From assembly GCA_024346625.1 (NCBI GenBank), contig AP024666.1:1984001-2048000 (forward strand): a DNA stretch of 64,000 nucleotides, written 5' to 3'. The notes under the pieces were generated by a model. It saw only the letters and a program-made list of their open reading frames with translations, was not told the origin of the DNA and ran no database searches. Numbering within the stretch: position 1 is the first letter of the stretch; each line of letters starts with the position of its first letter. A program made the translations under genes and the position numbers. This DNA is from Williopsis jadinii (taxonomy: Eukaryota). Shown piece by piece: positions 1-11,645 of the stretch.

Positions 1-643
1 TTGCGTTGGAAATCTCCCGAGTGTTCCTATGTTGTTGAGCTTGAACAAAGTCGGGTAGTTGGCCAATCAGCTGTGGTGTTATATATGGCGTCCTAATAGT
101 CGAAGGTTAAGCAAATCTCACGAACGATTTTTGCTATCAAGGGCTCGATCAAGTGTTTGTGTAGAGAGGTCAATCAATTCTGATAGTGGCACCTAAGGTC
201 GTTACCAAAGAAGTGAGGTGTGTGCTTGTTACACTCTGCAATCTCTTCCACATGCAAAGATAACCATAAAAAAGATCTTATCACCAATTGACCCGACAAT
301 AAGCTCATCTTTTGAATAGGTCCGTAAACACTCCCAGATCAACTGGCAGACAGTGTGGCATTTGAAATGAAATGCTCATTATCACACTGAGAGCGTTAAC
401 TCTCGTGATAAACAACCTGCCTGAAGTTTTTTCACCCTCTACAGAGCCAAGTAGGAGAATTCTAAACAACCAATTCCATTTCCACAGCAACCAAGACAAA
501 GTTTCTCTCGCTTCCAAGATAGACCCACTAAAATACACACAGCTGACAAAGCTGAGCTTTAACCAAAAGAGACAAAAAGAAAGCAAGAAATGTAAATAGA
601 AAGAGCCACCCAGACGTATATTTATGGTTGGCGCAACACATTA

Positions 644-702
644 TTTCCCGATTTGGACGGATGTATACAAAACTTGTGTTTATGTTTTACCCTTTTCGGA
701 AA
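644..702 (+). promoter_or_regulatory. Mcm1 + forkhead (CLB2-cluster-type) promoter elements
   Basis: TTTCCCGATTTGGACG (644-659) and TTACCCTTTTCGGAAA (687-702) resemble Mcm1 CC-N6-GG boxes; GTATACAA (663-670) and TGTTTAT (677-683) resemble Fkh sites; upstream of a B-type cyclin. Confidence 0.6.
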
Positions 703-952
703 TTTAATTAACAACGATCAACCATCGAAGGAAGGGAAAAAAAATACAAACCGCAGGCAGTTTCAGAATGTGTGTTTGAAAGGAGTGGAGTTTTGTATCG
801 AGCTTTCCTTTCTTTCCATCAATTGACTCCATTCAAGGTCCCAAACACTCTGTCTCGGTCACTTCCAACCACCTCCGAACAGAAGAGAGGCTTCCACACT
901 CGCTACTTAATACCCAATCCACATATACCCCATTGACGAGAAAGAGAGTAAT

Positions 953-2098
953 ATGAATATCTTCAGATCACAGCAGCAGAGCCAGACACGAGCACAGGAT
1001 GAGAATAACAATATCAAACAAAAGGACGTTAAGAAGTCTCAGATCCCAGTGCGTCGTCCAGCACTGAGTAATGTCACCAATACAACCACAGGTGTTTCTT
1101 CGAAGCTATACCATCCGGTGTCAAGTGCATCGACAGCAAATACTCATACATCTACAACTACAACATTAGTGTCCTCTGATGCTGTCATAAAGGATAGTGG
1201 GATCAAGAGACCTGCGTCACAAGAAGACGTTTTACAGCACAAGAGAACGAAAACCATGGAATACGAGTACGAAGATCTTGACGCTGATGATTGGAACGAC
1301 CCAAACATGGTTAGTGAGTACGTTGTTGAGATCTTTGAATATTTGGCCAAACTCGAGATCAAGACCTTGCCCTTGGCAACTTATATGGAGAAGCAGATCC
1401 ACTTGACTGATTATATGCGTGATGAACTGTGTGATTGGCTCAATGCTGTGCATTTGAAATTCAGACTCTTACCTGAGACTTTCTTCATCGCCATAAACAT
1501 CATAGATAGATTTCTTTCGCGTGAGGTGGTGCTACCACAGGCACTACAACTTGTTGGTACGGCAGCTCTTTTCATTGCCTCCAAATACGAGGAGATTTAC
1601 TCACCAAGTGTTAACCACTTTGCCCATGAAAGTGGATGTGTTGTTGAAGATATCTTGAATGCTGAGAAGTACATCCTGGAAGTGCTGGAATTCGATCTAA
1701 GTTATCCAAACCCAATGAACTTCATCAGAAGAATCTCGAAAGCCGATGATTACGACGTCAACACCCGTAACATTGCAAAGTATTTCATTGAAATCTCTGT
1801 TATGGATGTGGAATTCATCGGTGTCAGACCTTCTCTATCTGCTGCTGCTGCGATGTACTTGAGCCGTAGGCTCTTTGGAAAAGATGAGTGGAATGGTAAC
1901 TTGATCTACTACTCTGGAGGTATCACAGAAAGCGAGCTGATGCCGGTGGCTCATCAGTACTTGAAGTACTTGGTGCAGCCTGTTCAACATGAATCCTTCT
2001 TTAGAAAATACTCCAGTAAGAAATACCTGAAGGCCTCAATAGTGACGAGACAATGGGCAAAACAGCTGATGAAAGAAGGAGAATTGGACGACATCTAA
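953..2098 (+). CDS. CLB2: G2/M B-type cyclin (Clb1/Clb2 class)
   Basis: D-box RPALSNVTN; DPNMVSEYVVEIFEYL; cyclin box MRDELCDWL...LQLVG..ALFIASKYEE; YPNPMNFIRRISKADDYD. Confidence 0.9.
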   Translation: MNIFRSQQQSQTRAQDENNNIKQKDVKKSQIPVRRPALSNVTNTTTGVSSKLYHPVSSASTANTHTSTTTTLVSSDAVIKDSGIKRPASQEDVLQHKRTKTMEYEYEDLDADDWNDPNMVSEYVVEIFEYLAKLEIKTLPLATYMEKQIHLTDYMRDELCDWLNAVHLKFRLLPETFFIAINIIDRFLSREVVLPQALQLVGTAALFIASKYEEIYSPSVNHFAHESGCVVEDILNAEKYILEVLEFDLSYPNPMNFIRRISKADDYDVNTRNIAKYFIEISVMDVEFIGVRPSLSAAAAMYLSRRLFGKDEWNGNLIYYSGGITESELMPVAHQYLKYLVQPVQHESFFRKYSSKKYLKASIVTRQWAKQLMKEGELDDI

Positions 2099-2220
2099 TT
2101 ATAGCTTACGTGTACACTACTAATGACTTTGTTTTGTTTCTTTTGAAGATGAAATCAATTGGAAAAGAACGAATAAATATTGATACCCTCTAAAAACATG
2201 GCTGTAGCTGCACACACTAC

Positions 2221-2511
2221 TCACTGCTCCTGCTCCCATACCGGTTTCTTATCGTGCTGCACCGCATTTGAATCGTCACTCTCTTTGATCTTACTCACAT
2301 GGAGGTATTTGCCAAAGAGCTCGAACCCTTCCATGTTATTTACAGCCTCCTGGGCATCGCCGATATCTTGAAACTGAACATCGATGTATGACGAAGACGA
2401 CGAATGCTGTGTCAGTTGAAGAATGTTACCGAAACTCTCAAACAACTGCTGTACTGTTTCCACAGTATTGGGCTGAGCCGGCAGATTCGACACTCTCACT
2501 GTACTACTCAT
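2221..2511 (-). CDS. Stand-alone RRM protein resembling the N-terminal RRM of cyclophilin E (PPIE/Cyp33), 96 aa
   Basis: First ATG at 2511 (MSSTVRVSNLP); FESFGNI, DAQEAVNNMEGFELFGKYLHV and C-terminal KPVW match PPIE-type RRM; no cyclophilin domain. Confidence 0.75.
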   Translation of the reverse strand: MSSTVRVSNLPAQPNTVETVQQLFESFGNILQLTQHSSSSSYIDVQFQDIGDAQEAVNNMEGFELFGKYLHVSKIKESDDSNAVQHDKKPVWEQEQ

Positions 2512-3724
2512 CCTGTTATAGTGATCTACTCCACCAAAGGAATATGTTGTTCGAGTACTAAACACCTGAGCATTTTGTGAGTTGATGATGAGCCTGGTGG
2601 TAAGAGACACATCTCCACTGCGCCGTTGTGAGATCCAAGCGCACGGAGGCTCCTTTACGATACAAATCGCAACCAGCGAGTCCTATTGGCTGGGTATAAT
2701 TGATATTGTAGGTCGTTAGATGGTGTATATAACACCACTGGCCTTATTGCAACTCATTATCAAGGATTCGATATCTGCTCGAGGTCTGTGAGATCAAAGA
2801 ACTTGTGCTTTTTGGAATGAAGAAGTCATCGTGATAAAGAAAACAATACCGCATTTTAGCTATAGAATGAAACCAGTGATACCATACACACAGGCATCAT
2901 AAGAAGAGCAACAAGGCTCTTGTAGATAATCTAATAAAAAGATCCTCCACGTTGTATAGATCAGTATCACCACCAGGTATCCTGGTGGTGTCTGGGTGTT
3001 TCCAGGTTACGAGCACCGCTGCTTTGCATAGCGAGGTATAAGCATGCAGACAGAAGAGAACCAAACCACCCTGGAGGTTAGTATTTAGGCATGTTCTCTA
3101 TGCTCTCATCTCCTTGCTGCTGTGACGATGTGTCGTTGGTCTCGGGCTGCGTTCCTGTGGGTCGCCAACTACAAAGCACACCTGCTTGTTACGTCTGGCT
3201 GCTATAAACCAGAACACTGACCCCCGATTCACAGTAGGCATCGACTGATAACCACCACAGCATACCAAGAGTTCTTCTGCGATGGAGGTGAAACCGGTTA
3301 AACACGGAGAGTGCCACCAAAAGCCTCACTTTGGTGGTAGTGTGGATGACAAACCACACACCAGAAGCATCGTTTATACAAGCAGGCGAAGCTAGAAAAG
3401 TTTTTTTACCACCAGCCTACGAAGTTAATATCAAGCAAAGTTATGTGCGATGGATGGCACTCTGTCGTAGAGTCCTCATCTCTTTCCTTCGAGCTTACGA
3501 CAGCATCCTCCACGTATTTCTCGGCAGTACGAATAGCAAACGACATGGTGCTTTGCCAGGCAAACCATCTCATTTCCAAATAAGTTCCCTTGCATAACAT
3601 CTTGTCCGCACGCTTACGGGAAAGCCAACAAAGGCTGTAAAGTCTCATGACCCGCAAGTTTCAGAACTGTGGCCATTAAAGTTCCACACAACCCCATTCA
3701 GCTTAAACTCGACATCTGCCCAGT

Positions 3725-4567
3725 CCACAGTTTGCTCCCCATACAGAGCCTGCGAATCCTGGCTGCTTCCATCGACCCTCAATCCCATGGCACACCCCGT
3801 GTTCTCCATATCAATTTGCTGATGCCTAGCATGTTGTAGGCAGCACACATATGTACGGCATCTGCGTGCGGACATCATACGGCAACCTAATTAGCGAACC
3901 TTGGGCATGGAACACGGGCTAGAAAAAGCCCATCACTACACATGGAGGCCTATCGCTCTGAAAGTTCTTAGTACATGGTGCCTCGTATGGCAAAAGCGTT
4001 CCGTTTGAACGAGTGGTCCACAACCTCAGCTCCCTGAAATTATTATCTTATAAACCTCGAGATGGTACCGAAGTCTTCACACCAGGCCTTGGCCACCTTG
4101 TCCAGCGGTGTGGCCACCTTGTCCAGCAGCGTGGCCACCTCGGCCTCCCACTGGACTAACTCGGCAACCGGATGACCATCTTTTGTGTCAAATTCGACCA
4201 ACCGTTTGACAGGCAGATGCCGTTTCTTTTCCACTGCTTGGGCCTAAAACTTTTTCCTGGCCTATGCATAACGACGTACTTCATTCTCTCAGCAGCCTGA
4301 TCCAGCTCTCTTTTGGCCGATAGGATTTATAATAAAGACAAATCTTTACATCTTATGGTGCCAAACTGTGGCTTTTATGAAGTATTCTTCAGTGTGCCTT
4401 AGGCTTAGCCATAACGTTGCTCATGGAGGAAAAATTTTCTCTGTTTGGCTTTGTTGATGTTGCCATTTAATACCAAGCTCGTTATAGCTTGTTCATAGGA
4501 TCCCCGGCCACAGGACAAACAAACTACACACATACACAATTGGCAAATACACACGTCGAAACTGTGG
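3725..4567. promoter_or_regulatory. Met31/Met32-type sites upstream of MUP1
   Basis: AAACTGTGG at 4363-4371 and 4559-4567, and on the minus strand at 3725-3733; TATATATA near 4656. Confidence 0.7.
4090..4140. repeat. 21-bp tandem duplication (about 2.4 copies)
   Basis: TGGCCACCTTGTCCAGCGGTG / TGGCCACCTTGTCCAGCAGCG / TGGCCACCT. Confidence 0.85.
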
Positions 4568-4748
4568 TTGTTCTTGTGCAGAGTGACAATACGTGCATAC
4601 TGTGGATCTAACTCTCATATTATCATCACATCTCTGGCGTTGTCCACGCTGGCATTATATATAGAGGAAGGTTGCATCCCGAAACTTGTGAACAATGATG
4701 GCATCCTCGAGCTCTGAATCTCAATTATACCAACGACAGCACTTCACG

Positions 4749-6326
4749 ATGGCTGACGAGTCTTTGAAGGAACAAATAGTGAAAACAGGAAGCTCTGCGG
4801 ATAGCGTGGAGGAAGAGGCCATCTTTGTCACGAAGGAGGAGGACAAGGGGACTAAGAACCTGGGCTACGTCAGTGCCACTGCCCTCATAGTGAACAGAAT
4901 CATCGGTACTGGTATCTTTGCAACGCCTTCAACAATCGTGCTGCTGTGCAATGGGTCCATCGGACTGTCGCTAATTCTATGGGTTGTCGGTTCGCTAATC
5001 GCATTGGCTGGGTTGTACGTGTACATGGAGTTTGGATCTGCAATTCCACGTAACGGTGGTGAAAAGAACTATCTGGAGTATGTCTATAAGAAGCCGAAGT
5101 TCCTCATCACGTCCATGTACGCCTCCTATATCTTCTTTCTGGGTTGGGCATCGGGTAACTCCATCATCTTTGGCCAGTATATCCTCATTGCCGCAGGTAA
5201 AGAACCTACAAGATGGAGCGAGCGTGGTATCGGTATTGCTGCTGTTTCATTTGCATTCCTCGTCAATGGACTGCACGTGAAGACTGGTGCTTACTTACAA
5301 AACACTCTCGGTATCTTTAAGATTGGTGTTGTCTTGTTCATCGTTGTTACAGGGTGGGTTGCCCTTGGTGGTTGGAAAAAGACTGACAACTTTTCCCATT
5401 CCTTCGAAGGCACATCAGGAGCTACCGCATATGGTGTTGTCAATGCCTTGTATAACATCATCTGGTCGTTTGTCGGTTATTCAAATGCTAACTATGCCCT
5501 TGGTGAAGTTAAAAACCCAGTCAAGACTCTGAAATACGCTGCTCCAGCTGCTCTGGTTTGTCTTGCAATCATCTACTTCTTTGTTAATATTGCATACTTT
5601 GCCATTGTTCCAAAGGAGCAGTTGATGTACTCTTCAACGATTTTGGCTGCAGACTTCTTTGACATTGCGTTTGGTAATACAGCTAAGAAGGCGTCGTCCG
5701 TCTTTATTGCACTGTCTGCACTGGGTAATGTTCTCTCTGTCATCTTCTCGCAAGGTCGTATCATCCAAGCCTTAGGACGTGAAGGTGTCTTGCCATTTTC
5801 CAAGTTCTTTGCAAGCTCTAGACCTTTCCACACTCCATTTGTCGGTCTCCTACAACACTGGGTTGTTTGTGTGATTACTATCATTGCTCCACCACCAGGT
5901 GATGCTTATAACTTCATTCTGAACCTGATCTCGTACCCGTTAAACGTGGTTAATCTAGCAGTTGCACTTGGATTACTATATCTTCACATTGAATCATATA
6001 GAGGCAATGTTGACTGGAGGGCACCAATCAAGGCTCCATTGCCAGTTATCATCTTCTTTGCACTGGCGACATTGTACCTTATCGTTGCACCTTATATTCC
6101 ACCAAATGACGACCAGAAGCACATGGTTTACAATGATATCCCATACTGGGCTCACTGTGTTGCAACTTGGGCGATCTTTGGCATTGGTGCTCTGTGGTGG
6201 CTGGTGAAAGCTGTTATACTACCACGTATCTATGGTTACTCTTTAGAATCCACCGAAGTTGTTGGTGAGGATGGTTTCTGGAGAAAGGAGATTGTTAAGG
6301 TATATCCAGGGGATAGCAATCCCTGA
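4749..6326 (+). CDS. MUP1: High-affinity methionine permease (APC/LAT family)
   Basis: NRIIGTGIFATPS, AIPRNGGEKNYLE, ~12 TM segments, Met31 sites upstream; an in-frame ATG also exists at 4695 but is very close to the TATA box. Confidence 0.88.
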   Translation: MADESLKEQIVKTGSSADSVEEEAIFVTKEEDKGTKNLGYVSATALIVNRIIGTGIFATPSTIVLLCNGSIGLSLILWVVGSLIALAGLYVYMEFGSAIPRNGGEKNYLEYVYKKPKFLITSMYASYIFFLGWASGNSIIFGQYILIAAGKEPTRWSERGIGIAAVSFAFLVNGLHVKTGAYLQNTLGIFKIGVVLFIVVTGWVALGGWKKTDNFSHSFEGTSGATAYGVVNALYNIIWSFVGYSNANYALGEVKNPVKTLKYAAPAALVCLAIIYFFVNIAYFAIVPKEQLMYSSTILAADFFDIAFGNTAKKASSVFIALSALGNVLSVIFSQGRIIQALGREGVLPFSKFFASSRPFHTPFVGLLQHWVVCVITIIAPPPGDAYNFILNLISYPLNVVNLAVALGLLYLHIESYRGNVDWRAPIKAPLPVIIFFALATLYLIVAPYIPPNDDQKHMVYNDIPYWAHCVATWAIFGIGALWWLVKAVILPRIYGYSLESTEVVGEDGFWRKEIVKVYPGDSNP

Positions 6327-7772
6327 AAAGAGACACGAACTGGCACACCAGACTTTGCTTGTACCTACTAAGGATAATAATAATAATGACTTTGACTTTT
6401 ACGATTTACTTAAATCTATGATTTCCAGTGATTTTCCAATGTTGAGCGTAGGACTCTGCGAGAAGAATGTTGATGGCAACTACAATGAGTGGAAACTCGA
6501 GTTTCACATAATTCATAAATCAATTCTTGTCATCATGATGCTGGGCCTATCGTTGATCTGTAGATGAAGGTTTTGGAGACTCTGCTACGAACAGTAACGT
6601 TGAAGATTCTGATGAAAGACAAATGATAGTAGAAGCTCAAAAATGAGACTATGACATACAACAGGTGGTAGATACATATAACAACAAGGATAAGCGAAGT
6701 TACTGCACACAGGTACGGTCTTGTGACAGCAGTTAATATCAATTCACTGATACATACTGGTTACACCCACATTTTAATACTAATGCCATATGAACTTTAG
6801 TTAATCTTTCTCATGGGAAGGGTAAAAATATACGGTTTAGCAAGAACAAGGCAAGAGCCCTGGAGGTGAACATTGTAGGCGAAAACGCTTCCTATTTGGT
6901 GACATTGGTAGCTCAAAGTCGACTAACTGATGAACACTGTGAACACATTCTAACTAGCTAAACCAGCTCAATTGGCTGATGAACAATCGTAACCTACGAA
7001 CAAGCCCACTCCTGGTGAAACTCTGCAACGTCACTCCAAACAAGGAGCTCATTGACACTTCTTGATGAGCTCACACTGACAACCAGGGAAGCTGGGCCTC
7101 TGAGCACTATATATCATTACTAATGTCCACAGGTCTATTGAATGATTCAAACGAGATTATCCAAAAGTGTAATCCTTGATACAGGCGTAACATATCATAA
7201 TCCTCACATTACATAATCATATCTCTGACGCTGAGAACCTCTGTCCCCCTAACAACCTTTTGTGTCACCTTCTCTGTCTCTGCAATTTTCATGCATGAGG
7301 TGGCCACCTTGATCGTGTTAGTCTCCTCTTTTTGTCCAGGTTAGTCATGACAAACGGGAGAGACCACGGAGGTGTGTGGTCGCAAACCACTTAATGACTA
7401 CAAAAGAGGAATCCGATCCCAGTTCTCAATTAGTGCTACACATTTTTGTTGAGTTTCGATTACCGGATGTAAAAAACACGACACATGTCGTAGCCCTCCA
7501 CCTCTGTTTGGTGCGTGCGTGTGTGTTTCCTGCAACAACTTACACCCGTCTCTTCTCTTCTCCTCCCACAGCAGCCCCACAATGGCCTTTAGAGTCCCAC
7601 CCAAATCGGAGTTCCGTTAGGAGCAAGTTGAGATAATTCTTTCCAAGCACGTTTTTTTCTCAAAAAGGCTTGAGACGTGGTGACTAACCTTCATAGCTGT
7701 GCTTCCGTTGCAGTTTCAAAGCAGTGCGAGGAAGTGAGCCATGGTGCGTTAACGAGTTGTGCATTGAAGAAT

Positions 7773-7808
7773 TGAGCACCAAGGGACTGAGCACCAAGGG
7801 ACTGAGCA
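7773..7808. repeat. 15-bp tandem duplication
   Basis: TGAGCACCAAGGGAC x2 + TGAGCA. Confidence 0.85.
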
Positions 7809-8182
7809 TGAAAGACGTGAACATGATCACGTTGAACACATACTCACGACCGAACGTAATGTCAATTGACACTTCTAAGAAGCGTCACCGTAATGTCGAG
7901 ATCATCCAGAAAGAGAGACAAAAAATGCGGTATCCGTGTGCTATGCAATTCCCCACATTGTAAACTGGGACATGCGTACACAGATCATGATCACAACTAC
8001 GCAGCGGCAAAAAAACATTTGTTGAGACAAACTATAAAAGGGGACAACGGAGTCCACCTGTTTCCTGTGATGCTCAGCTTCTTGTCATTGGTATCACCAT
8101 AGTGGTAGCTGTTGTTCATCCCATCCACCAAGTATAAAAGCAACTGCTCCTTACCAGAAACTAACACCACCACCGATAAAAG

Positions 8183-9742
8183 ATGTTCAAACAAGCAGGA
8201 ATCAGAAGAATGCCCGTGGCCCTGAAGTCAAGCGTTGCCGCTTCGGTGAGAAACCACTCACACTTGCCGCTGACCACGAAGATCACCTTACCAAACGGCA
8301 AGACTTATGAACAACCAACCGGGCTGTTCATCAACAACGAGTTTGTCCCCTCGAGACAATCAAAGACCTTTGAGGTGATCAACCCGTCCACAGAAGAGGA
8401 GGTTTGCCACGTTTACGAAGGTCGTGAAGATGACGTTAACATCGCCGTGGAGGCAGCGGAGAAGGCTTTCAAATCAGGCGTGTGGTCAAGGGCTCATCCG
8501 CAGGTTAGAATGAGGGCCTTGAACAAGCTGGCGGACCTGATCGAGGCCGACGCCGAGACCGTGGCCTCCATCGAGTCGCTCGATAACGGTAAGGCTATCC
8601 AGCATGCCCGTGGTGATGTTGCTCTGGCAGTGGCTTACCTGAGATCTGTTGCTGGCTGGGCTGATAAGGTCGATGGCCGTGTTATTGAGACCGACAGCGA
8701 GCACTTCACTTATACCAAGAGAGAGCCAATTGGCGTGGTTGGCCAAATCATCCCTTGGAACTTCCCATTGTTGATGTGGTCGTGGAAGGTTGGTCCTGCG
8801 CTGGCTACCGGTAACACCGTTGTTCTGAAGACTGCGGAATCAACCCCATTGTCTGCCTTGTACGTATCCAAGTTCGTTGCTGAGGCCGGCATTCCCCCAG
8901 GTGTGCTGAACATTGTGTCTGGGTTTGGTAAGATTGTCGGCGAGGCCATCTCCACACATATGAAGATCAAGAAGGTTGCCTTCACCGGGTCCACTGCCAC
9001 TGGCCGTCATATCCTGGCTGCTGCTGCTCATTCCAACCTGAAGAAGGTGACCTTGGAGCTGGGTGGTAAGTCTCCAAACATCATCTTTGACGATGCAAAC
9101 GTTGAGCAGACTGTGCAAAACTTGCTCGTTGGTATCTTCTACAACTCCGGTGAAGTTTGCTGTGCAGGCTCGAGATTGTACGTGCAAGAGGGAATCTACG
9201 ATGAGGTGTTGGAGGCCTTCAAGACTGCAGCAGAGGCCATCAAAGTTGGTGATCCATTCGACGATGCAACGTTCCAAGGTGCACAGACCTCGCAACAGCA
9301 GCTGGACAAGATCTTGTCCTACGTGAAGAAAGGTAAGGAGGAAGGTGCCCGTGTCGTCACTGGTGGTGAAAGACTGGGTAACAAGGGCTACTTTGTCAAG
9401 CCAACCATTTTTGCAGATGTCAAGGAGGATTTCACCATCGTCAAGGAGGAGATCTTTGGGCCTGTCATCACCATTTCCAAGTTCAAGACCTTGGACGAGA
9501 TTGTCGACAAGGCCAACGACTCCAAGTATGGTCTGGCTGCTGGTATCCACACAACATCTCTGTCCACTGCGATTGAGGCTTCCAACAGACTGGAGGCTGG
9601 TACCGTCTGGGTCAACACTTATAACGATTTTGACCCACAGACTCCGTTCGGAGGCTTCAAGCAGTCCGGTATTGGCAGAGAGATGGGAACAGAGGCATTG
9701 GATAACTACACCAACGTGAAGGCTGTGAGAATGAGAATTTAA
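8183..9742 (+). CDS. ALD4: Mitochondrial aldehyde dehydrogenase (Ald4/Ald5 class)
   Basis: Arg-rich presequence; [30 protein letters not shown], catalytic GEVCCAG, EEIFGPV; ALD4 versus ALD5 not resolvable. Confidence 0.85.
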   Translation: MFKQAGIRRMPVALKSSVAASVRNHSHLPLTTKITLPNGKTYEQPTGLFINNEFVPSRQSKTFEVINPSTEEEVCHVYEGREDDVNIAVEAAEKAFKSGVWSRAHPQVRMRALNKLADLIEADAETVASIESLDNGKAIQHARGDVALAVAYLRSVAGWADKVDGRVIETDSEHFTYTKREPIGVVGQIIPWNFPLLMWSWKVGPALATGNTVVLKTAESTPLSALYVSKFVAEAGIPPGVLNIVSGFGKIVGEAISTHMKIKKVAFTGSTATGRHILAAAAHSNLKKVTLELGGKSPNIIFDDANVEQTVQNLLVGIFYNSGEVCCAGSRLYVQEGIYDEVLEAFKTAAEAIKVGDPFDDATFQGAQTSQQQLDKILSYVKKGKEEGARVVTGGERLGNKGYFVKPTIFADVKEDFTIVKEEIFGPVITISKFKTLDEIVDKANDSKYGLAAGIHTTSLSTAIEASNRLEAGTVWVNTYNDFDPQTPFGGFKQSGIGREMGTEALDNYTNVKAVRMRI

Positions 9743-9796
9743 GCAAGGTAATTGATTTATTCAACTCGAGAACAGCTGTGTAGCACGAAAGGGAGC

Positions 9797-11281
9797 TCAA
9801 GCCTGAGCGTTGAACTCACCTTCTTCTAGTTTGGTCAACTTCAATGGTTTGCCTGTGACTCTGAAGTAGATGTCCTTGACGTCTTCAGTGACAGACTCGA
9901 AATGTGAAGTTGCATCGTACGACTTTGAGATGTAAACGTTGTCCTTTGAGCCGTCTTCAATTGGAGCAAACAAGTCGGAGAGGCCCATAAAGGTACGGTC
10001 GAATGCCTTTATACCCAGGAGCTTGAAGGCTGATTCCAATTGGATGTGAGGAGGCTTGTCACCTTCTATGATGGATGAAACAATCGCAATGTTCTTCCCC
10101 TGTGGTGCAACCTTATGCTCTGAACCGATGAGTGCGATGTAGATGTCGTTCTTTCTACCAGTCTCCTTACCAGTCAAGATGATCTGTGCAGAGGTTTCAC
10201 CATTCTTTAGAGGCAACTGATCCACTATTGAGATGGTTCTAATCACCTTCTCGCTGCTGGACACCTTCTCAGGGAAGTATGTTGGGTCTGCAATCACCTG
10301 TGGGGCCTTGACAACGTGCTCCTCGCCATCGAGCGATAGCTTGACACCCTGGAACACGCCTGCTTCGTCGTACAACACCTGCTCAACCTTGGTGCTGAGC
10401 ATGAAGGTACCACCATAGATGGCACTCAAACGACTGAAGCCCTGAGGTAGCTCGCCCAACCCGTACAACGGATAGAGGTAAGGAGACTTGCCGTAGCGTG
10501 CCACGGACTGGCAGTAGAGCACCACTCTCTCCACTGCTTCACGAGCAGGCTGCTGGAGGTACTCGTCGTTATCGTAGAGTGCCATGGCATGGCCAATGAA
10601 GTTCTTGGTGCCCTCTTCGAGCCCAAACTTGTTGTAAACCGCGTCCGTGGTGTCAATGTCCAACTTCAGGCCCTTGTGCGTGGCCACGTCATCCTCCTTG
10701 TAGTTAGCGACCCACTGGAGGAAGTTCTTCAACCGTCTCTTCTCGAACAAGCCGATGAGAGAGCTCGTCACGGCCTCGTACTCCGTTGCCGGCACCTTGG
10801 ACGGCTTCCCGTACCGGAACACAAACGACCCGTCAATCTGCTTGAACTCCACGTATCTCGTCACGTTCGTGTGCACAAGGATGTTGGTCAACTCTCCGTT
10901 GGCCATCAAGAACTTGGGGATGAGATCAACACAGTAATCACGGCTCCGTCCCAACGAGGCATCAACCTCCTTGCCAGGCTTGAACTTCTCGTACAGCTGC
11001 TGGAGGTTCAACGACGCCGACTCGCCACCGTAGTAGTCCTGACGGTCGATATGGAGCACCTTCTTTCCTTCAACAGAGAGCAACCCAGAGAGCACACACT
11101 CCGTCAAGCCTACGTTGAACTGATTAGTAGCCATCGATATAGGGCCGGACATAAACGGCAACGCCAAACGAGCACTCACCAGTTCCTACAGCGCCAATTG
11201 GTTGTTAGTAGCAGCTCAAACTTGCACACGTGAGTGAGACAGGCACATACCAAGCACGATCACGTCGTATTCTTCGTCCAT
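9797..11281 (-). CDS. GDI1: Rab GDP-dissociation inhibitor, 3 exons (11281-11251, 11185-11180, 11109-9797), 449 aa
   Basis: Spliced product MDEEYDVIVLG-TG-LTECVLSGLLSVEGKKVLHIDR..YYGGESAS..DLIPKF..GELPQGF; exons total 1350 nt, in frame. Confidence 0.95.
11110..11179 (-). other. GDI1 intron 2 (70 nt)
   Basis: GTGAGT donor at 11179, TACTAAT branch point near 11129-11123, TAG acceptor ending 11110. Confidence 0.9.
11186..11250 (-). other. GDI1 intron 1 (65 nt)
   Basis: GTATGT donor at 11250, TACTAAC branch point at 11210-11204, TAG acceptor ending 11186. Confidence 0.92.
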
Positions 11282-11424
11282 TTTGGTGTTTTGATTGTGA
11301 GAATTGTGTACGAGAGGAAGGGGAGTGGGAACGAAGAGTGTTGAAGTTGCTGGTGGGGTGGGGGGTTTTGGGACATTTTCGCGGTGTGTGGCTGTTTTGT
11401 GCGCTTTGGCCATTTGGTCAATGT

Positions 11425-11480
11425 GGTGTCCGGGTGATTAGGTGTCCGGGTGATTAGGTGTCCGGGTGACTAGGTGTCCC
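11425..11480. repeat. 16-bp tandem repeat GGTGTCCGGGTGA(T/C)TA x3.5, Rap1/telomere-like
   Basis: Units at 11425, 11441, 11457 and a partial unit at 11473, in the divergent GDI1/sugar-porter promoter. Confidence 0.9.
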
Positions 11481-11645
11481 GACATGAGCAATGACGTCAC
11501 GCCGCAGAAACACGGTTCAAGGGGATTTCAACACCGCACAAGCCTTTTATCTTCACCATATACACGTAACCTAGCCCTGTTTTGTTGATAGAAACGCACT
11601 AACAAGGTCAATTGGAGATACCCTGGACCACCCGTGAAGACCACC

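Noticed and set aside
6865..7104. Repeated TGATGA...CTGA motifs suggesting C/D snoRNAs
   Set aside because: Box spacing too short or irregular, no terminal stem, and no recognisable rRNA complementarity
8840..9550. 236-aa minus-strand ORF (and similarly 10589-11233, 16079-16675)
   Set aside because: Antisense to highly biased genes (ALD, GDI1, DUR3); a typical codon-bias artefact
11110..11179. ORF-track N-terminus MSARLALPF.. for GDI1
   Set aside because: Starts at the GTG of the intron-2 donor; it is intron sequence
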